A DNA stretch of 64,000 nucleotides, from positions 1 through 64,000 of the forward strand of contig JAHLWZ010000448.1 in assembly GCA_020536535.1 (NCBI GenBank). Reading direction: 5' to 3'. A program made the position numbers and the translations under genes. The notes below the pieces were generated by a model, which ran no database searches, had not been told where the DNA came from, and saw only the letters and a list, made by a program, of their open reading frames with translations. Position 1 is the stretch's first letter, and every line of letters begins with the position of its first letter. The DNA is from Pelomyxa schiedti (lineage: Eukaryota > Protista > Evosea). Positions 1 through 11,759 of the stretch are shown here, one piece after another.

Positions 1-179
1 CCTTTTTAAGCGCGGCACTGAACCGCGAATAAAAGCAATTTAATTGCCAACAGATTCCTTCCAGTGAGCCGAAAAAGACATCCATTAGGCGGAAAAAGGA
101 ATCCATTTGAGCGAAAAAAAAATGGTTGTGTTGATTTCATTTGGTTTTTCATTGGTTTGCCCGTTTTTTGACTGAAACG

Positions 180-476
180 TCCAATAGCCCTGAATAAGGC
201 CTGGTCGTGACTGGCTGCAGCATCACGTATAGAAGTTTCAGGATCTTGTGCTCTATCAAATCCATGCTTGGCAATGTGCGCACTGACAACTTCGAACTGT
301 GGAAGACAAGATAAGAATCATCTTGGATACTGGGACAAAATCAACTCACCATCTTTATGTTGTGACAAGCTCCAAGAAAACTCCAGTTGGTTTTGACCGG
401 GAACATCTCCACCAAGTAGTTGAAGAAGTCCGTTTTATTGATGGACACCAATTGGCATACAACGGACCCCCGCAAC
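180..476 (-). pseudogene. Orphan two-exon coding fragment (weakly ankyrin-like), no clear start
   Basis: The minus strand reads LRGSVVCQLVSINKTDFFNYLVEMFPVKTNWSFLGACHNIKM, then an intron gtgagt...cacag, then FEVVSAHIAKHGFDRAQDPETSIRDAAASHDQALFRAIG in frame. It is flanked by repeat-like non-coding DNA. Confidence 0.35.
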
Positions 477-632
477 TATGACACCGTTTAAACGGTTTAA
501 AACGCTTTCGGAATCGCATTCAAAAGCGTTTCAAAACGGATTCAAACCAGGTTTAAACCCTTTTGGAATCCCTTTGGGAATCCCCTTTGTTGGATACCAA
601 GGAAACATTTTCCAAAGAATCAGCTGTTGGTG

Positions 633-974
633 TTTCAAATAAAAGGCTAGTGCTCTTCGTTCACCAAATCGACATCATCGGCGATTCTCTTCGCATCGGC
701 ACATTGCTATCGCATAACCCTGCTTCTCCTGGCATGCTACGTTCGAGTACTTCNNNNNNNNNNNNNNNNNNNNNNNNNNNNNNNNNNNNNNNNNNNNNNN
801 NNNNNNNNNNNNNNNNNNNNNNNNNNNNNNNNNNNNNNNNNNNNNNNNNNNNNTTTCAAATAAAAGGCTAGTGCTCTTCGTTCACCAAATCGACATCATC
901 GGCGATTCTCTTCGCATCGGCACATTGCTATCGCATAACCCTGCTTCTCCTGGCATGCTACGTTCGAGTACTTC
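633..974. repeat. Identical 121-bp direct duplication flanking a 100-N gap (633-753 = 854-974)
   Basis: The sequence on both sides of the gap 754-853 is identical, as expected for an unmerged contig overlap. Confidence 0.9.
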
Positions 975-1538
975 GACATCCACGTGGTGACATCGCGTTC
1001 TGTTGCTTCGTTGCGTTACTCTGTTGCTCTTTTCATTCGCATCGTTTTGCATTGCACCTTCGTTATGGTTCATCGTCGTCATTATCTGCTCTATCTACTG
1101 TGGTGTCACTCCTGCACTACACACTCGTGCACATTACTTCGACGTTCTCGTGATTACACACTTGTGTTATTACCGCTCTTACAGCATCATCGTTTTCCTG
1201 TTGTTTTCTTGCTCATTCTGTTCATTGGTCGTTCGTACCAACGGGAGATGCTCAAGCGTTTGGCAACGACTCTGTCTACACTACATTGCATCTGTACCTG
1301 CACTACAACAAGCTGTCGTTCTCTGTGACACTCTGTTATGCCGATTTTTCCTTCTAAGGCATAATAAAACCCCAAACCACATTATTTTATTATGGCGTTC
1401 TTGTATGGTTTTGGAGGTATCCTGGTGAAAGGAGAGTGTACCTGGTAAGGCAGCATAGTGGCTAGGAGAGTTCCAGCATGGTGGAATCGCGACTATGTTG
1501 CGATCGCGATGTTGTGGAATGGTGCATCAGCCTACACC

Positions 1539-1622
1539 GAAGCGGATATTTCCGACACAGAAGCGGACATTTTCGGCATGGAAGCGGATATTTCCGGCAC
1601 TGAAACGATCATTTCCGGCACT
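1539..1622 (+). repeat. Minisatellite, 4 x 21 bp (gaagcggatatttccggcact-like)
   Basis: Units at 1539, 1560, 1581 and 1602, read directly from the sequence. Confidence 0.85.
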
Positions 1623-1785
1623 ACCAGCATGCACTCTGCAATGAGATTAGCGCGGAAATCATGAGGATCATACGTACAACACCCANNNNNNNNNNNNNNN
1701 NNNNNNNNNNNNNNNNNNNNNNNNNNNNNNNNNNNNNNNNNNNNNNNNNNNNNNNNNNNNNNNNNNNNNNNNNNNNNNNNNNNNN

Positions 1786-1895
1786 TGAGGTTTCCTCTTT
1801 CTCGTTGTGTAGCAGTAACTGTCACTTAGGAATTTAACAGCGGAATGTGAACTAAAGAACGAGTCCAGGTTCTTGCCAGTTTGCTCTTGTGAAAC
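1786..1895 (+). repeat. 110-bp copy of an intron/exon piece of the downstream methyltransferase (identical to 3101-3210)
   Basis: Exact match tgaggtttcc...cttgtgaaac immediately after the second gap (1686-1785). Confidence 0.9.
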
Positions 1896-2413
1896 CAAAT
1901 ACCAGGCCCACACCTGGGCCAAATTGTTTGTCACCTTATGTCCCTTGTTTGTTAGGGGTTCCAAAGTGTCTCCTTGGACAGAAAAAGCGTGTTCATTGTG
2001 AGGGTGATTTTTGACTATGGCAGAAAGAGGGCAGTACTAAAAGTTACCCAAGGTGTGGGACACGCCTCTGTTCTGAGGGAAGAGGCCGAACACTTACTTC
2101 AAGTCAGTGACTCTGAATTCATAATCTCAATCTTCCACCTACCACCGACTTTTGAAGTCTGGGACTACAACCACACAGAAGCACCACTGAGGATTGTCCA
2201 AGACAGTCGGACATACTCAGCGGACTCTGGATTCCTGGTTGAGCGTTCAGCGGACCTCCTCAAAGTTTCCGAGGCCTCATCTGGGCTCGTTGTTCTAACC
2301 TTGAAGGTGCCGTCCACATTCTGGTACTTTATGAAGGTGTTCTCGTTCCCAGCCCTGTGAACAAAGAAGGGGGAAATGCAAAACAACCACGAGTATTTTC
2401 AAAGCAGAAAAAG

Positions 2414-3502
2414 ATGGGGGACGTGAAGCGGCACTACGACGATCTGTTGTCGGACGTGTACACGTGGTACGCTGCAGGAGGGAGAACAACAGCTGACTAC
2501 GACGCGAGATGTGACCAGTACAAGGAATACTTTGCCTCAGTGCTGCAAGCCACACCCGGTAGCTACCTGTTATCTACTTGTTTACTTTTTTTACTTTTTT
2601 TGCTTTTTTGTTTTTTTTGTTTTTGTTGTTGATTGACTTCCTGGAGGAGGTGGGAATAAGAATGGAGGTGTGGCTGTGGATTTGGGGTGTGGAAGTGGAC
2701 TGCAGAGTATACCACTTAGTGTGATGGGCTATAATGTGGTTTCTATTGATTTGTGTGATCGGCTGCTTCAAGAACTACAGCGCCACGCAGAAAGGCACAG
2801 CGTGACTTCTAGTATGTCCCTTTTTTAAAATTCCCCCAACGGTAAGTGACCTTTAGGAATAAGACCATTTAGTGGGGACATAATGCAATTTCAAACTTAC
2901 CTCCGAGAAGCATCCATACCAGAAATCAATCTTGCAGTTTGCATGGTTGATACAATTCTCCATTTACCTTCAAAAGAGCACGTCCGTTTGCTGTTCTCTA
3001 ACGTGTTCTCTTCACTTGTAAGGCTGCCTTCCTGTTCCTACATTTTCATTTGTCGTTAATCCTCTGGAAAAGGCTTCTGGGGGTTCCTTTATCTTGTCAC
3101 TGAGGTTTCCTCTTTCTCGTTGTGTAGCAGTAACTGTCACTTAGGAATTTAACAGCGGAATGTGAACTAAAGAACGAGTCCAGGTTCTTGCCAGTTTGCT
3201 CTTGTGAAACGAAGGTAATCTTGAAAGGGCACGGTATCTGTAATTGATGTACGGCCCCCAAATAGATATTCACCTGCTTTCTGGAGTATTTCCCCGACTA
3301 TGTCAATGTACACGACCTCATTCACGAACTCGTGAGTGAACCCGATGGCACAAAACACTGGGTGCAGAAGTGCAGCAGCTACCACAAGCTACGACTTCAC
3401 CCCACAGCGGAAGTCATTGAAATGCTCAAGGCTGTTGGCTTCTCCATTTCTGACCACCGCGTTATACGTGGAATGTCCCACATTTGTGCAACAAAGCCCT
3501 GA
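2414..3502 (+). CDS. Class I SAM-dependent methyltransferase, bacterial-like (multi-exon)
   Basis: Spliced model MGDVKRHYDDLLSDVYTWY..., motif I AVDLGCGSGLQSIPL, motif II VVSIDLCDRLL, C-terminus IFTCFLEYFPDYVNVHDL...ICATKP*. Confidence 0.85.
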
Positions 3503-3789
3503 GTACATCGATTCGCCAACAGCCTTAAACCTTGTCCCACAATTACATCTCGCCACCCGCTTAAAAGTGCACTTTGACGAGTTCCAAGATGGAAGGGCGC
3601 GTGATGACAAATTTTAGCAGGAAAAAGATGACTTGCAAGTATTCTTACTGTCTGACTTTTTTTTTTCCACTGGTAATAGCATAGCATAACACACTGTGAG
3701 TGACAACTCTAAGTTCAAAACAACTGAGATCTGTACCAAAAAGTGCCCGTTGGACCACAATTCCAAAAAAAATAAAAACAAACAACGAA

Positions 3790-5355
3790 ATGGCATCCAA
3801 GATCCCACCGGCTCTCATCGAAAAGTGGAACGTGCGTACTCCAGTTCTTTTCTATGTGGTTTATAGTGTTGTGATGCCGTGGTTTTTTCCCCTTCTCCTC
3901 GTCTCTCTTCCCCCTATCGACTTTTTTTTTTCCCCCCCAGTTCATTTCGGGGTTGCCCTACGCTGCCCAATGCAAATGGGTCATGAATGGTTTCTGGGAC
4001 AGGCTCGAAAATGAGGGCGAGCAAATCTGGACATGGTGCCAGACCTTCTCCAAGTTGGACCAGGAGAAGGGCGCCGCCGGAAACCAACTGGACGAGGTTT
4101 TTCTCTCTTTCTCCTCGTTTTTTAGCGAGGAAGAATGTTATTGGACTTGGCTAACTTTGGACAGTTCTGGTCTCACAAGTTCTTGGAATCTCTTGGTGAG
4201 ACAATGACTGTCATAGGTATTTGTATTGTTTTAGAGGCACTGTTGCTCAACCAACAAACAGAAATGCGAGAGAAATTCAGAACTATAGATGCTGACTATA
4301 ATAAGAAAATGTTGGTACCATCTTGATGCGGAGGCATCTTATCGTTTTGCAGGTCCATGATTGAGTACTTGATCTACAAATACAAGTTCCCCATCCCAGC
4401 TGTCATTAATGCTCCCCAAGGAGAGAATAAAGGTTCTCGATAATTATATGTACCTTCGAAATAACGTTTTTACAGAAGCTATAAACCATGCACAGTCAAT
4501 GGTAGACTCTGCCCAGCGTGCTATGGAAGAGATGAATCAGAAGCTGGAGCAGTCTTCAGCTGCTGCCGCACAGGCGAAGTCCACTGCCGATGTTGCCTCT
4601 AAGGCGGCCGAAGTTGCTCTTGCTGCTGCCCAAGAGGATAAGGTTTCTCTAACTTTGAAACAACCAAACAAAGTAACACTTCTCAAGAGGGCGCTTGATG
4701 ATCTCCGCTCGCAAGAAGATAGCTACAAAAAACAAATGGCTGACCTTGAAGCGATAAAAGGTATTATTCTATATACTGCCAGTTACTCACTATATTTTAG
4801 GAGATATGTCCGTTGGTGTTGTGCGAAGAAATAAAGCTGCAAACGAGGTATTACTACCATTTTTTCTTCTGGTGTCTAACCATAAGACAGTTGGATCAGT
4901 TGAAGGGGAAAGACCCTGTGTGCACGGTATTTGTTTTTACTTCATCTCACATTTCCTGTAGCTTCCCTTGAGCAAAGCCAAGATTACTCAGCAAGCCACA
5001 CTAAAGAAATCAGAGAAGGTTTCCTTTTAAACCACCTTTTAATAAAGAAATAAAATTTTTCAAGGCTCGTGCTTTGGCAGAGGAGGCAAAGGCCAAGGCC
5101 AATGCTGATGCTGAGGCTGCAGAGGCAGCAGAACAAGCAGCAAGGGTATTCATCTCGTAGCGTATTATGTTACGCTCACTTGATCATGTATAGGCATCCG
5201 TTCAGGAGGCAGAGAGGCAGCTTCAAGCAGCCAATGACGAGCTCGAGCGTGCAAAGAAACTCGGAGGTGTTGCCAATGGTGACATTTGGTGGCTGCAACG
5301 CGAAATTGCCGAGAAGAAAAAGTACCTCCCTAAAGGAAGGGCCTCCCGCACATAA
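3790..5355 (+). CDS. Calcium-regulated actin-bundling protein (ABP34/AbpB family; 'TolA-like' amoebal protein), ~11 introns
   Basis: LPYAAQCKWVMNGFW, EF-hand-like RTIDADYNKKMSMIEYL, an Ala-rich coiled coil, and the C-terminal GDIWWLQREIAEKKKYLP matching the ABP34 tail (GAIWWMNRDLEEKKK). Confidence 0.8.
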
Positions 5356-5489
5356 ATGCGAAGTAGAAATACACGCCTGACCAAGGCCAACACAACAAAA
5401 AACAAAATAAGGGAACCAAACAAAAAAAGATAAATTTTATTTTTTTTTCCTTCCCTATTTGAGTTTATTCTATCACTTGGGAGAACGTC

Positions 5490-8426
5490 TCAAGGAAAAG
5501 AACTGAACTTACTCCTCATTTCCAACCTGCCGGCACTACGTAGTTGCTCGATAATGTTTTGGAACCATTCTTGACCTCTCACATTGGCAAAATCAGGGTC
5601 TGGAAAAATGAAAATGTGGTATGGTAATGGAATAATGGTAGTGATACCTTCCTCCAGGGACTGAACTGAAGTGTGCGGATACTCGAGGGCACGGAATACC
5701 CATTTTTTACATTTTTCACTCTGAGTGTGTTTCAGTAGTTGGAGTGTATTTGGTGGGAAGAGGCATACATTATTTACAATAGAGTACACACAGGCAATGT
5801 TATAGGATGCCAGATACCTATTCTTCATCATTTTGAAGAGTGATATGGCTTCCGCGAAATGGTCTTGGGCAGCTGGGTTCCTACTAAGAAAGTTCTAAGG
5901 GTATCGGGTAGTACCTTGCTGGTCGGGTAGGAAACGAGCCATCCAGACTTTGGCAATTGCCGCATCGCAAATGATGTCTTTCTAAGATCACAAAAGGAGA
6001 AATTACGATTACCAACAAATAGAATGGGGCTCTCTACTGGGGGATTGTAATGTTGTGCACGCTCCAATTTTTCTGCAGCCTGTGCTAAGAGAGTGGCAAT
6101 AAGTTCGTTTCCAACATCCAAGAACAACTTCCGTACTGTTTTAGCCTGGAAGAATGTAAATAATTTTTGTCGTTCTCAGATTCACCTTTTTTATCAGCGC
6201 ATTTCCCCAGATTTGGTAGAACTTCCATAATTGATTACTAGGAACACTCCCATGGTTAAGCTCTACTTTGAGTGATGTAAGTGCAGTATCAAACGCCGGT
6301 AGTATTCGTCTGGGAAAATGAGGAGAGGTGGGGTTACAAGTTCACTCATACGATTTTGCTACTGGCACAATCGAAGGACAATTCTTCAGACAGGCACAGA
6401 TTGTATGAATCAACTTTGGCACGGCACTGTATGTCGAATGGCTGCCAGAAAGATGGTGTTGGTGTACTTTTTTACAGGAAAACCTAGTAAAACCTTGATT
6501 TCCCTAACAGTTCCATAATCAAAATAGCACCATCGAACAGTTCTTCCCATGGGACAGGAAAACCCCTAACATGCAAGTGAGAAGAAACCTAATTGAGGGA
6601 GGGAAGTACATGCGCAGAAGTGAAGTTTGGAGGCCTGTTAGAAATGACGCTTCTAATAAAATTGGCAAGGCAGAGGGAGCTGTATGTATCTTAGTTGCCT
6701 TTTTCCTGTTATAAAACAGAAATCCTGAGAGGTAACTGACCCGCATAACGGACTTCCGAATGTGATTGGGGATAGTGGACAATTGAGGTTCTTTGCAGAG
6801 GTATCTTATGATCTGTACTGAAGTGTTTTCTCTTGGAAGTGTGAGGCATAATTCCTATAAGTATTTAAAGGTGCAAAGGTAACAAAGCTAGTTTATAGTA
6901 CTTCAGAAAGGCTCAGAAGAAGAACATGTAGTTCTTGACCTTTTTCTTGAAGTTCGGGATATGAACTAAGGCAATAGCGTGCAGCAACCTAAAGGAAAGT
7001 TAAATCCACTGCACCATACAATTCTAACAAACCATGTCTAGACATTGGAAAAATTTAGCGAACGAAGCTTCAGTACCGATAGCCTTGGCTGCACCCTCCT
7101 CCTTATCAAGGAAATAAGCCGCACTTGTTGTGCAGATCTTCAGTTCTTGTCTTGGTGCCCTGAACTCTGTGAGGGGAAAAACCCTATAAGGAGAAATACT
7201 GACAGCCAATCCAAGGGATTTATTTCTGCGTCTCTGTTTGCTTGTTGGGGGGAAGAAAAAAAAGAAGAGAATAAAACGCCAGACCTTCTCTTGTACAGGT
7301 CTTTCCATGTCAATGGGTGATCTGATGCATAGACTACTGTATAGTAATCCCGACCAAGTAAAAAGGGAGGTTCGTCACACTTGAGCTTGGTTGCATATGT
7401 TGTTTCAACCAGAGCTTGCTCGCCTTCCATACCAGAAGAGGAACAAGAAGTCGAGGGGACGGGGGGAGGACACAGCGAAGGACCAGTAAGTCTTGATTGC
7501 TGCTCCGATGCTTGAATATCCAATTTATCAATCAAGGGGTCCCCTGAGTCTCGCGACACTTTAGTGGCACGGACTGAACCAACTTCACTGATAGGAGCAA
7601 CATCAACGTCAACCCCCTCATGGCCAGTGCCACTGGCATTCGTACTAGTAGCGGCAGAAGCAGTACAAGTGTCCAAAAGAGGAGGAATATCCTCAGAAGT
7701 ACCTCCCCAAGCACCGCCTGCCGCCTCTTCCCCCTCTCCCTCTCCCTCTCCCTCTCCCTCTTCTTCTCCATCCCCATCCCCCTCACCATCCACATACACA
7801 CTCTCAACCTCAGTGTCGGTGTCACCACCACCATCACCACCATCACCACCACCGGGTACGGTGTCTGGGGCGGATTCTGCGGGATCCCCGGGGGCCATTG
7901 AGACGTCGTCGCCGTAGGCACCTTCGCCGTCGGCGTAGTCCCCCCACATCTCCAACGGCAACGGCAACGGCTCGACGGACACCGCGAACATTCCACCAGA
8001 GTTATCCGTAGCGGTCTCGGTCTCGACCTCGGCCTCGGACTCCGTCTCTGCGTCGACGCCAGCGACATCGGTGCCAGTGGCAGCAGTAGACGAAGACGCA
8101 GTTGTCGAGGAATGAGATGGCGTGCCTGCGTCCGTGGGAGAAGGCGAGGGAGGCTCCTTGGACGACAACGACGACGAGGAGGAGGCAGCAGCAGCAGCAG
8201 CCGCTGCAGCGACCTCGGCGGCGAAGTGGTCGTTGAGCGCGTTGGGCGGGGGGTACTTGAGGCCCCCGTAGTCGCGGGCGTAGAGGGCCGCCCACGTGGC
8301 GTCCGCGTCGCAGAGCGCCCGCAGGCGGCGGGACGCGCGGGCCAGCGACGACCCCACCTCCCGCGCCCCGCAGTGCGCGACGATCAGCCACAGTATCCCA
8401 TCATCCAGGTCCAGCAACGACGACAT
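5490..8426 (-). CDS. F-box protein with acidic low-complexity linker and C-terminal TPR-like repeats
   Basis: N-terminal LLDLDDGILWLIVAHCG...LARASRRLRALCDADATWAALY (F-box). C-terminal ASYNIACVYS...DPDFANVRGQEWF (TPR end motif). Many introns in 5.6-7.3 kb. Confidence 0.75.
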
Positions 8427-8512
8427 CACCGCCCCCAACTTGTTTTTTTTTGGGATGGTTTTGACCGTTTCGGGAAAAAAAAAAACGTCTGCTAAACAAC
8501 CGAGGAAGGGGT

Positions 8513-11139
8513 TTAGAAGAGGGCGAAAGGTTGGCCAACACTCTTCGAGACCCAAGGGGTTTGTTGGTACTTAGAAAGTCCTTGCACCATGACGATGACA
8601 CTGTCGACGAGATCGTTGAAGGAAGTGCCGGGCTTTGTTTGTTCCAAAACTACACAACGTGGTGAGATGAGTCCAAAGTATTGGAGCAGCTTTACCTTCC
8701 ATCAGGCATCCAGTGAAGAATCCGTGGTTTCTCCTGTTTGGCAGTTTACATTCGTCTCTTGTGAGCTTTCCTTTTCGTGTTCGTAAGCTGGTGCTAATAA
8801 AGAAAGAAAAAAACGAAAAGAAAACCTGGGCTTGTGGGATACAAAACAAAGCATCCATGTGGGAATTCTTCCTTTGCCAAGTCTAGCTTTCTTTTTGCTC
8901 CAAATCCCCGCATCTGGCCAATAAAAAATAAGTAAGGAGGAACAAGACAAGTAGAAGTGCTGCATACCCTCTCCTCATCCGTGTCATCTGATTGACGGCA
9001 AGCATCAAGGATGCAAATCACCATGTCCGAGTGTTTCTTCAATCCATCCAAAATGTCCCCAAGCATGGGTGCTCTGAACTTCAAAACATCAAAGTTTGTG
9101 CTGGTGAAAGCTGTTTCATCCTCAGTCATCATCAAGAAATTGTGCCCCTTCATTTGCCTCCCGTGCCCAGCAAAGAAAAACATGCTTGCAATCTGAACAG
9201 TGTCAGGAGTTGGTGAAGGGTGACTTGTACTGCGTTCCTTACCTTATTCTTGGCTTTCTTTGCAGCTTTCAGAGTTTCCTTGAATTTCTCGAGGTGACAA
9301 ACAAATTCCTGAAGTGAGGGAATATTTTTGAGGTGTGTCACTTCAAATTTGCACACTCCTTCAAGAAACTGAACCAGTGATTACATTGTTAAAGTGATGT
9401 AAAAAATTCAAGGAAGAAACCTGCGATAATTCTGCTGCATCATGGAGTGTGTTCTGCAATGGAGATTGGCAATAAGCTCCATTCCCAACAACAAAGGCGA
9501 AACACTTGAAATTTAAGTTATTTAGAGTGCTCGGAAGCCTTTCAGATGGCAGTGGTGAAGCAGGGGATATGCTGTTATTTGAGAGGGCTCGAATTTCTTC
9601 AATGATAAATTCTGCATCTCCGACAACTATTCCAAGGGCACACAGCTGGGCCACTGTGTAATTGGTAAGAGTTCTCCCACGTAATTTATTGGCCCTGATT
9701 ATGTCAATGCAAGGTTGCTCAACACCAACACCCGCAAGCCACTCACACACTTCATCCACACTAGCAGTTTGAAGCTGAAAACGAGTTCCCGTTCCCGTTT
9801 CAATGGAAGGTGTTGATGACTGCACAGTAGAAGGCTCATTCAGCATTACACTTCTGCACAGTGATGATGGATTTTGACATGCTGATGCTGCCTGTGTGGA
9901 AGCAATAGGATTAACGGGCGCTTCTATCGTTGCGGGAACGATTGCTGGTTCGACAATGGGTGTGCTTAGGGGGCGATGGGGTGCTGTTGGTTTGGGTTCA
10001 GCCCCTTCTGATGTCAAAAACGCGGTCGGGACTGTGACAGTCTTCGAGGTCAAAATGCCGTCCTCATATCTAACTTGAAACTTCATTCCAGTGCGTGGTT
10101 CAGACATGACACCTTCCCCATGAAGTACAGGGAAGAAGGAAGTTGTTTTTGTCTTGCGGCATATCCATGTGCACACTGTAACCGACTCAACTGCGGCAGC
10201 AGAGGATTCTGTTGGGACATGTGTTGGTTCACTTGGATGAGGGGATACATAATATTGAGTTACCACAGCAACCGGGTTTGCCGCATCAGGTTTATCTTCC
10301 ACCCAATGGCACTTGAGAGTGCGGCTTCCATCAACCCACGAGTACGTCATTTCCCCTTGCCTCCAGCCATTTCTGAAAGTGCCGGTAGTGCTGTATGCAC
10401 CACAATCGTCGGACGCAGGATACTCGAACGTAACACAGCCTTCCAGGGCGCCCTTGTTCCATTCGCCGCTGCACACGACGCCGTCGAGCCACCTGAGGGA
10501 GCCAGGCCCGTGCTTCTTGTCGGCGTCCCAGCGCCCGTCGTACACGGATCCGTCGGACGCGGACTTGTAGGTGCCCCTGCCGGACCTGTGGCCCCACTTC
10601 CACTCGCCGTCGTACACGCCGCCGTCCGACAGCGTCAGCACGCCGCTGCCGTGGCGCCGGTCTTCCTCCCACTCGCCGTCGTACACGGCGCCGTCGGGGG
10701 CGGTGTGGCGCCCGCGGCCGTGCATCTGGCCGTACTTCCACTCGCCGGTGTACGTGGAGCCGTCGCGGAACCGCCGCGTGCCGGCGCCGTGGAACCCGCC
10801 GCGCAGCCACGCGCCCTCGTACGAGGCGCCCGACGGCGGCGGCTGGGACTCGCAGCCAGTGCCGTCCGGGGCGTCGTCGCGCCACTCGCCGTCGTACACG
10901 GTGCCGTCCGACGAGCGCTGGACGCCGCGGCCGTCGCGCTTGCCGGCCCTCCAGTCCCCGGTGTAGGTGCCGCCGTTGGTGTACTTGAGCGTGCCGACGC
11001 CGTGGGGCTGCCCGTTGACCATCTGCCCGGTGTACGACCCAACGCTGGTCGTGGTTGTGGCGGTAGCGTCGCCGTCCAAGGGAGCGCGGGGGCCTTCGCC
11101 GTTCCCCTTGTTGTTACTGCCCCACAAGTACCTCCACAT
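8513..11139 (-). CDS. MORN repeat - SAM domain - caspase-like (peptidase C14, ortho/paracaspase-type) protein
   Basis: About 10 MORN repeats (YxGxWxxGxxHGxG). SAM-like SVDEVCEWLAGVGV...LGIVVGDAEFIIEEI. Caspase fold with AFVVGNGAY, FFFAGHG (catalytic His), ILDACR (catalytic Cys), YPTSPG...NHGFFTGCL and QQTPWVSKSVGQPFALF*. Confidence 0.85.
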
Positions 11140-11759
11140 CGGCAGTAACGATTCACTACTAAAAAGTTTTTCTCTTTGTTCTTCTGGGGCACAGAAAGGA
11201 GGCCGTGTTTTGTGCATCGAGTGTGCAAGATACGTGGTCTGGGTGAGGGACGGTGTGGACTGACAACGAGGTTGTTCTCATATCCACCACGTAACACTCG
11301 TACATCGGTTCGCCGACAGGGGTTTCCGAACATCTACGGGTGTGCCTCGACATCGTTTGCGTGACATGGTGGGGGTCTGGCGACGTGGTGAGCCGCGCCT
11401 GCCCTAAACAGAGGCCCACCACAAGAACAAAAAGTGCTACCTTTGTTGTTGCGAGCCCTTTTTCTGGGGGTGATTGGTGGGGTCACATGTTCATATACAC
11501 CCATACAAACCTTAACACCTCCACCACTTTCTGCTACGTTGGACCACCCTCAGCACGACACCTGCCATTGCGATCACCTATTTCACTTAGAGATGGTGGA
11601 GAGGGTACGTAATCAACAACTACGGTACCTTCAAATCAAACAAGTTCCATCTTCAGTGTCAGTTGACAACAAAAAAAGGTGCCAAAATGATAACTTTAGG
11701 ACACACAAACCCAAAGATCCTGAACTTAACCTTGAACAATTTTGTTATAACTTGCTCTA

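Noticed and set aside
633-974. 121-bp direct repeat as a biological tandem repeat or LTR
   Set aside because: It is a perfect duplicate immediately either side of a 100-N gap, most simply an unmerged scaffold overlap.
1539-1622. CRISPR-like array
   Set aside because: The 21-bp units are contiguous with no spacers, the context is eukaryotic, and there are no cas genes.
1896-2390. ORF 1974-2360 (+) or a stop-interrupted minus frame as a gene, or evidence of an alternative genetic code
   Set aside because: No recognisable motif, and conserved genes in the window translate cleanly with the standard code and use all three stops. It is probably a decayed fragment.
10075-11333. Long overlapping ORFs on both strands (also at 7.5-8.6, 41.7-42.6 and 44.6-45.3 kb)
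   Set aside because: These are shadow frames caused by GC-rich codon usage of the real genes.
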